NCBI GenBank assembly: GCA_964407835.1
Contig: CAYOXB010000004.1
Span: 1-60,575, forward strand
From: an uncultured Bacteroidales bacterium
Lineage (GTDB): Bacteria; Bacillota_I; Bacilli_A; ML615J-28; CAG-698
DNA length: 60,575 bases
Direction of reading: 5' to 3'
Part shown: in pieces, positions 55,288-60,575 of the stretch
How the letters are laid out: every line of letters begins with the position of its first letter
How positions within the stretch are numbered: the stretch's first letter is position 1
Notes under the pieces: generated by a model
Databases searched by the model: none
Told to the model about the DNA's origin: nothing
Seen by the model: the letters and a program-made list of their open reading frames with translations, nothing else
Made by a program: the position numbers and the translations under genes

Positions 55288-56589
55288 TTGCGTATCGTTG
55301 ATTTAATTATTAAAAAGAAAATGAATGAAGAACTCACAAAAGAAGAAATATATTATTTGATTGATAGCTATGTGAAAGATGAAATGCCTGATTATCAAAT
55401 GAGTGCATTATTAATGGCTATTAATTTAAATGGACTTAGTGAAGAAGAACAAGTAAATCTCACTTATGCAATGCTTGAAAGTGGAGAGCAAATTGATCTT
55501 TCTAAGGTTAAAGGAATTAAGGTAGATAAGCATTCTACTGGTGGAGTTGGCGATAAAACAACTTTAGTTGTAGCTCCAATAATTGCTAGTTTTGGAATTG
55601 TAATGGCTAAAATGAGTGGAAGAGGCTTAGGCCATACTGGTGGAACTTTAGATAAATTAGAATCCATTCCAGGTTTTCAAATAAATTTAAGCCAAGATGA
55701 GTTTATCAAACAAATAAATGATATTAAATTATCTGTTGTTGGTCAAACTTTAAATATTGTTCCAGCAGATAAGAAATTATATGCTCTTAGAGATGTAACT
55801 GGAACTGTTGAATCGGTTGGTTTAATTGCTTCATCAATTATGAGTAAAAAATTAGCTAGTGGAGCTGATTATATTTTACTTGATGTAAAGGTTGGCGATG
55901 GAGCCTTTATGAAAGATTTAGATGATGCTAGAGAACTAGCTAGTGCAATGGTTGCAATTGGCCTTAAAGCTGGAAGAAATACAGTTGCAATGCTAACTGA
56001 TATGGATCAACCTTTAGGTGAGGCTGTTGGAAATAGCTTAGAAGTAATAGAAGCTATTGAAACACTAAAAGGAAAAGGGCCAGAGGACTTTAAAACTCTT
56101 TGCTTTGAAATTTCTGCTGAGATTTTACTTCTTACAAAATATTCTAAGACAAAAGAAGAAGCTCTTAAATTAATTGAAAATAGTATTACTAGTGGAGCTG
56201 CCCTATATAAGTTAATGGAAATGATAGCTTATCAAGGTGGTAATGCTAATATTATTCATGATTATAAACTTCTACCAACTGCAAAATATGAGTTTTCTAT
56301 TAAAAGTGCTTTAGAAGGTTATGTAAAGAAAATCCACACTTTAGAAATTGGTAATGCTGCAATGATTTTAGGAGCTGGAAGAAAGACTAAAGATGATAAT
56401 ATTGATCTTGCTGTTGGCTTAAGGGTTTTAAAGAAAGTTGGAGACTTTATAAATAAAGGTGATATACTTGCGAAGGTATATGCAAATACTTCAAATATAG
56501 ATGAAGTAGAAGAAATTATTATTAAAGCATTTGAATTAACTAATGATGAGGTTCAAAAAAATACACTAATACTAGATATTATTGCTTAA
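55288..56589 (+). CDS. pdp: Pyrimidine-nucleoside (thymidine) phosphorylase
   Basis: DKHSTGGVGDK, KMSGRGLGHTGGTLDKLESIPGF, LYALRDVT, SIMSKK, LDVKVGDGAFMK. Confidence 0.96.
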   Translation: MRIVDLIIKKKMNEELTKEEIYYLIDSYVKDEMPDYQMSALLMAINLNGLSEEEQVNLTYAMLESGEQIDLSKVKGIKVDKHSTGGVGDKTTLVVAPIIASFGIVMAKMSGRGLGHTGGTLDKLESIPGFQINLSQDEFIKQINDIKLSVVGQTLNIVPADKKLYALRDVTGTVESVGLIASSIMSKKLASGADYILLDVKVGDGAFMKDLDDARELASAMVAIGLKAGRNTVAMLTDMDQPLGEAVGNSLEVIEAIETLKGKGPEDFKTLCFEISAEILLLTKYSKTKEEALKLIENSITSGAALYKLMEMIAYQGGNANIIHDYKLLPTAKYEFSIKSALEGYVKKIHTLEIGNAAMILGAGRKTKDDNIDLAVGLRVLKKVGDFINKGDILAKVYANTSNIDEVEEIIIKAFELTNDEVQKNTLILDIIA

Positions 56590-56603
56590 AGAGGTGAGGA
56601 CAA

Positions 56604-58343
56604 ATGTTTAAAGAACTTAGTTGGTTCTTTAAAAAAGAATGGTTTAAATACATATTAGTTTTAGTATTTACACTAATCTATACAGTTGCGCTAACAATTA
56701 CTCCTAAAATATTAGGAGATATTGTTGAGCACATAACAAATACTACTCTAACAAAGGAGTATGCTTTTTCAGTTGTTGCAATGTTAGTTGCAATAGCTTT
56801 GGTTATTTACTTTTCATCAGTTTTGAAAAGTAAGGTACTTGGTACGATTAACCATAAACTATTTTTTGATTTAAAAAGTAGATTCATTCGAAGTGTATTC
56901 AAACAAGATGGTGATTTCTTTGAAGAATATCACTCAGGAGATTTGATTTCTAGAGCTACTGGGGATACTAATATGATTTCAAGGGTTGCAACTCATATGT
57001 TGTTTAACTTAGTTGATACGATTGTTACTCTAGTTGTTGCTTTTGTTGCAATGATTGGCTTAAATGTGCAATTAACATTGTATTCTATTATTCCTCTACC
57101 TTTAATATTTTTTATTGTTCTTTATTTAAGACCTAAAATAATGGCGAACTGGAAACAAGTTAGAAAAGAAGTTAGTCACTTAAATGATTTAGTTATGGAA
57201 AGTGTTACTCATGTTAAGCTTGTTAGAGGCTTTGTGAAGGAAGAAGAAGATGAACAAAAACTAAGCGATAAAGCTGATACAGTTTATAAAACTGCTAGAA
57301 AATCAGTTGTTATGCAGTCTGTCTTTATGCCTGCTTTTAGAATGATTACTTTAATCTCCCAAGGAATAGCGCTTGGGCTTGGTGCATATTTAATAATGCA
57401 TCAAAGAGGCTTTACAGTAGGTAATTTAGTTTCATTTAATTTATATTTGGGAATGTTTGCGGGTCCTTTGTTTAGACTTGGAAACCAAATTACTTTCTTA
57501 TCGCAAAGCAAGGTTTCATTTGATAGAGTTAATGCTGTTTTAAATGCAGTTCCAACTATTTTAGATGAAGAAGAGGCAATTATATTAGAAGATTTAAAAG
57601 ATATTGAGTTTAAACATTTAAGTTTTAAATATCCTCTTGATGAACAATATACATTAGAAGATATATCCTTTAAACTCAAAAAAGGACAAACTTTGGGAGT
57701 TGTTGGTAAAACTGGAAGTGGAAAAACTACGCTTTTGAGGCAACTTCTTAGATTATATGTTTTTGATAAAGGTAGTATTTATTTAAATAACTTACCAATT
57801 ACTCTATATAAAAAAGAAAGTATAAGAAAGAGTGTAGCTTATGTTCCTCAAGAACATGTATTGTTTTCTAGAACTGTTCTTAAAAACTTAGAACTTGGTT
57901 TTAGTGATGATTCTGATCTATCTATTGAAGGAGCTATTCAAATGGCTGACTTTGAAAAAGATTTAGAGTTTTTGACTGACGGAATTGAAACGATTGTTGG
58001 GGAGTTTGGAGTTACTTTAAGTGGTGGCCAAAAACAAAGGTTGTCTATTGCTAGAGCTTTCTTGAAAAACAGTGAAATATTGATTTTAGATGATTCTTTA
58101 TCTGCAGTTGATGGAGTAACTGAAGCTAATATTATTAAGAGTTTAAAGTCATATCGAAAAGGTAAGACTAATATTATATCTTCCCATAGACTTTCTGCAG
58201 TTGAACATGCTGATGAGATTATTGTTCTTGAAAAGGGTAAGATTGTGGAAAAAGGAACACATCAAGAATTAATAGATAATAAAAAATGGTATTTTGAGCA
58301 ATATTTGATCCAACAAATGGAGGATCACGATGAAGAAAAATAA
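56604..58343 (+). CDS. Heterodimeric ABC exporter subunit 1 (YheI-like)
   Basis: TMD plus GKTGSGKT, LSGGQKQR, ILDD (non-canonical Walker B), SHR. Confidence 0.9.
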   Translation: MFKELSWFFKKEWFKYILVLVFTLIYTVALTITPKILGDIVEHITNTTLTKEYAFSVVAMLVAIALVIYFSSVLKSKVLGTINHKLFFDLKSRFIRSVFKQDGDFFEEYHSGDLISRATGDTNMISRVATHMLFNLVDTIVTLVVAFVAMIGLNVQLTLYSIIPLPLIFFIVLYLRPKIMANWKQVRKEVSHLNDLVMESVTHVKLVRGFVKEEEDEQKLSDKADTVYKTARKSVVMQSVFMPAFRMITLISQGIALGLGAYLIMHQRGFTVGNLVSFNLYLGMFAGPLFRLGNQITFLSQSKVSFDRVNAVLNAVPTILDEEEAIILEDLKDIEFKHLSFKYPLDEQYTLEDISFKLKKGQTLGVVGKTGSGKTTLLRQLLRLYVFDKGSIYLNNLPITLYKKESIRKSVAYVPQEHVLFSRTVLKNLELGFSDDSDLSIEGAIQMADFEKDLEFLTDGIETIVGEFGVTLSGGQKQRLSIARAFLKNSEILILDDSLSAVDGVTEANIIKSLKSYRKGKTNIISSHRLSAVEHADEIIVLEKGKIVEKGTHQELIDNKKWYFEQYLIQQMEDHDEEK

Positions 58344-60375
58344 CAAGAAACAAAAATACTACATAACAACAAAAGAAATATTTAAACGAGTATTTAAATA
58401 TGCTATGAAGAGTAAGTTATTGCTCATTACTTCTTTACTAGCTTTACTTGTTTATTCTGTCTTTGATATTGTTCAACCATTAATAATTAAAAGGGTTATT
58501 GATGATGAACTTGCAGGTGTTCAAACAACTTGGGTTGAAGTTTTAGCTGAAGATGATGATGTTGCTATTTTTAATGGTAGATATTTCGTAAAACAAGATA
58601 GCGATAATTCTATTGTTGGAGATGAATTTTCAATTAGATATTTTGATGATGATTATTACTTAATTACTGGTAAAATAAGTAGTAAAGATGTAATTCAAAA
58701 AGTTAATGAAGCTAAAGATGAAATAGTCTTACAACCAGTTGAAGGCGATGAATATACTAGAGATGTTATTCACCTTGATAAAGAAGGCTTATATGATTTT
58801 TATAAACCTTCGATTAATCCAATTACTTTGATGATTATTTATTATGCTATTATTTCAATTATTATTATTATTGCTAGATATATTCAAAATGTTACTTTTA
58901 GAGCAAGTGCGATGAAATTAACTTTGGATATGCGTAAGAGTGCCTTTGAGAAGATTAACCGCTTACCTGTTGCTTATTTTTCAAATGAGCCAAAGGGTAA
59001 GATAGTAACAAAGATAATTTATGATAGTGAGGGTGTAGAAGGACTTTATGAAGTTGTCTTCTATACAATTTCTGCTATTGTATCTTTAGTTATGATTTAC
59101 GTTGGGTTTTTCTATTTAGATTATAGGCTTGCTCTATATACTCTTCTAGCATTTCCATTAATCTATATTTGGATGAGATTTTACCGTAGAGCTGTTAATA
59201 AGTATAATCATCAAATTAGAGAAATGAATTCTAAAATTAATGGAACCTTAGCGGAGTTTGTAAATACAGCTTCAATTATTCAAGTATTCAATAAAGAAGA
59301 AAAGATGGCAAATGAATATGATGAATTATTGCAAGATAACTATGATACTAAAATAAAACATCTTAAATTGAATACATTTTATGGATTTAATTTACTAAGT
59401 TTAATTAGAAGAATAGTTGTTGCTGCGATTATTATTTATTTTAGCTTGCAATATTTCTCGCCAACTGCAATTGTAGTTGGAACAACTATCTATGTTTATA
59501 TTGAATATTTAGAAAAAATAATGGGACCTATTAATGAAATATTTAATAATCTTAATGCTTTAGAAGATTCGCTAGTATCATCTTCAAGAATATTTGAATT
59601 CTTAGATGAAGAAGAAGATACTGGAATTGGTGAGATTACAAATGTTAGATTTAAAGGTGATATTAGCTTTCATGATTTAAGGTTTAAATACGATAAAGAT
59701 AATTATGTTTTAAAAGGAATTAACTTTAATGTAAAAGAAGGTAGTTTTATTGGAATTGTTGGAGCTACTGGAAGTGGTAAATCAACATTGATTAGTCTAA
59801 TTGAACGCTACTATGACCTAGAAGAAGGACAAATCCTCTTCGATGGTGTAAATTATCACGAATATTCAAAACAAGATATAAGAAACAATATTGGTTTAAT
59901 TCTTCAAGATCCTTCAATATTTGAAGGAACAATTAAAAGCAATGTTACTTTTGGTATTGAAGCAAGTGATGAGCAAGTAATATCAATTCTTCTTAAAATT
60001 GGTGCTGATAAGTTTGTAAATGATTATCCTAATGGAATTCATTCTAAAGTTGCCTATATGGGTGAAAACTTATCCACTGGTGAAAAACAGTTAATAGCTT
60101 TTGCAAGAATTTTACTTCGTAATCCTGCAATTGTAGTTTTAGATGAAGCTACTGCTAATATAGATACGGAAACAGAAATGCTAATTCAAAATGCACTTAC
60201 TGTTTTAGCTGAAAAAAGAACTACATTTGTTGTTGCTCACCGTCTTTCCACAATCAAAAATGCCGATACTATTTATGTAATGGATGATGGTAGGATTGTA
60301 GAAAGTGGAACTCATAATGATTTATATAAAATTGAAAATGGTATATACAAAGCAATGTATGATGCCTTAAGCTAA
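58330..60375 (+). CDS. Heterodimeric ABC exporter subunit 2 (YheH-like, large extracytoplasmic loop)
   Basis: GATGSGKS, LSTGEKQ (degenerate signature), VLDEAT, VAHRL; overlaps the partner gene. Confidence 0.9.
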   Translation: MKKNNKKQKYYITTKEIFKRVFKYAMKSKLLLITSLLALLVYSVFDIVQPLIIKRVIDDELAGVQTTWVEVLAEDDDVAIFNGRYFVKQDSDNSIVGDEFSIRYFDDDYYLITGKISSKDVIQKVNEAKDEIVLQPVEGDEYTRDVIHLDKEGLYDFYKPSINPITLMIIYYAIISIIIIIARYIQNVTFRASAMKLTLDMRKSAFEKINRLPVAYFSNEPKGKIVTKIIYDSEGVEGLYEVVFYTISAIVSLVMIYVGFFYLDYRLALYTLLAFPLIYIWMRFYRRAVNKYNHQIREMNSKINGTLAEFVNTASIIQVFNKEEKMANEYDELLQDNYDTKIKHLKLNTFYGFNLLSLIRRIVVAAIIIYFSLQYFSPTAIVVGTTIYVYIEYLEKIMGPINEIFNNLNALEDSLVSSSRIFEFLDEEEDTGIGEITNVRFKGDISFHDLRFKYDKDNYVLKGINFNVKEGSFIGIVGATGSGKSTLISLIERYYDLEEGQILFDGVNYHEYSKQDIRNNIGLILQDPSIFEGTIKSNVTFGIEASDEQVISILLKIGADKFVNDYPNGIHSKVAYMGENLSTGEKQLIAFARILLRNPAIVVLDEATANIDTETEMLIQNALTVLAEKRTTFVVAHRLSTIKNADTIYVMDDGRIVESGTHNDLYKIENGIYKAMYDALS

Positions 60376-60400
60376 AAGAGTTGTTTACCAACTCTTTTTT
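60375..60400 (+). terminator. Intrinsic terminator
   Basis: AAAAGAGTTG-tttac-CAACTCTTTT followed by T. Confidence 0.85.
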
Positions 60401-60523
60401 TATAAACATTATAATTAAAATAATACAAATAAATTAATTAAAATTAAAAATTACTAAATCATAAAAATGTATAGTTTTATTATTTAACCTTAGTAAACGA
60501 CTTTCTTTGGGAATAATATAAGC

Positions 60524-60575
60524 TAAAAAAGTCATTTTCGTGTGTAATATCAAAATAAAAAAGTCATTTTCGTGT
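60524..60575. repeat. Two identical 20-bp direct repeats at a 32-bp period, cut by the window end
   Basis: TAAAAAAGTCATTTTCGTGT at 60524-60543 and 60556-60575. Confidence 0.9.

Noticed and set aside
678-57679. Short alternative-frame or antisense ORFs in the track (e.g. 678-887, 14981-15175, 17273-17578, 18957-19193, 23676-23882, 25479-25757, 27822-28055, 28505-28696, 29584-29766, 30830-31045, 34336-34590, 35931-36146, 39354-39728, 40132-40356, 41039-41242, 44335-44550, 44469-44735, 44995-45261, 48349-48642, 55464-55667, 57401-57679)
   Set aside because: All overlap longer, recognisable genes and show no recognisable motifs; treated as shadow ORFs
56604-60375. Degenerate motifs in the ABC pair as a sign of inactivation
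   Set aside because: ILDD in one subunit and LSTGE in the other form the ordinary single degenerate site of heterodimeric exporters
60524-60575. CRISPR array
   Set aside because: Only two 20-bp units with a 12-bp spacer, too short for CRISPR spacers; no cas genes in the window

Overview
A very AT-rich chromosomal segment that uses TGA as a stop (code 11). Gene content and lipoprotein architectures suggest a Mollicutes-like (Acholeplasmatales-type) member of the Bacilli; this is inference, not classification. No transposase, integrase, tRNA, rRNA or CRISPR array is visible. The housekeeping scaffold is gmk-rpoZ-priA-fmt-pgpA, coaD, gltX-metK, queG-trmL, thyA-folA-plsC, and pdp plus a heterodimeric ABC exporter. 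Two accessory systems stand out. (1) An apparent 11.7-kb operon (5466-17136) encodes a YwaF/TMEM164-like membrane domain (LPLHLC plus His motif) fused to an intact ABC ATPase, a permease, a small anchored protein and a 2469-aa InlB-B-repeat lipoprotein; it is a candidate lipoprotein-modifying or exporting system. (2) A complete B12-dependent methylaspartate (glutamate fermentation) cluster (31579-43123) encodes glutamate mutase S/L/E, methylaspartase, a citrate-lyase-type complex that is probably citramalate lyase, a translationally coupled glutamate racemase and a convergent two-subunit class I fumarase that is probably mesaconase. It is flanked by a probable 6S RNA gene and by a second racemase paralog with both catalytic Cys replaced by Ser. 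Two other apparent pseudoenzymes are present (an ATPase-dead PriA and an orphan ATPase-dead ABC exporter), along with cre-like operators and a hairpin separating an SD from its start codon. All family assignments come from recognising motifs by eye; no database search was run.
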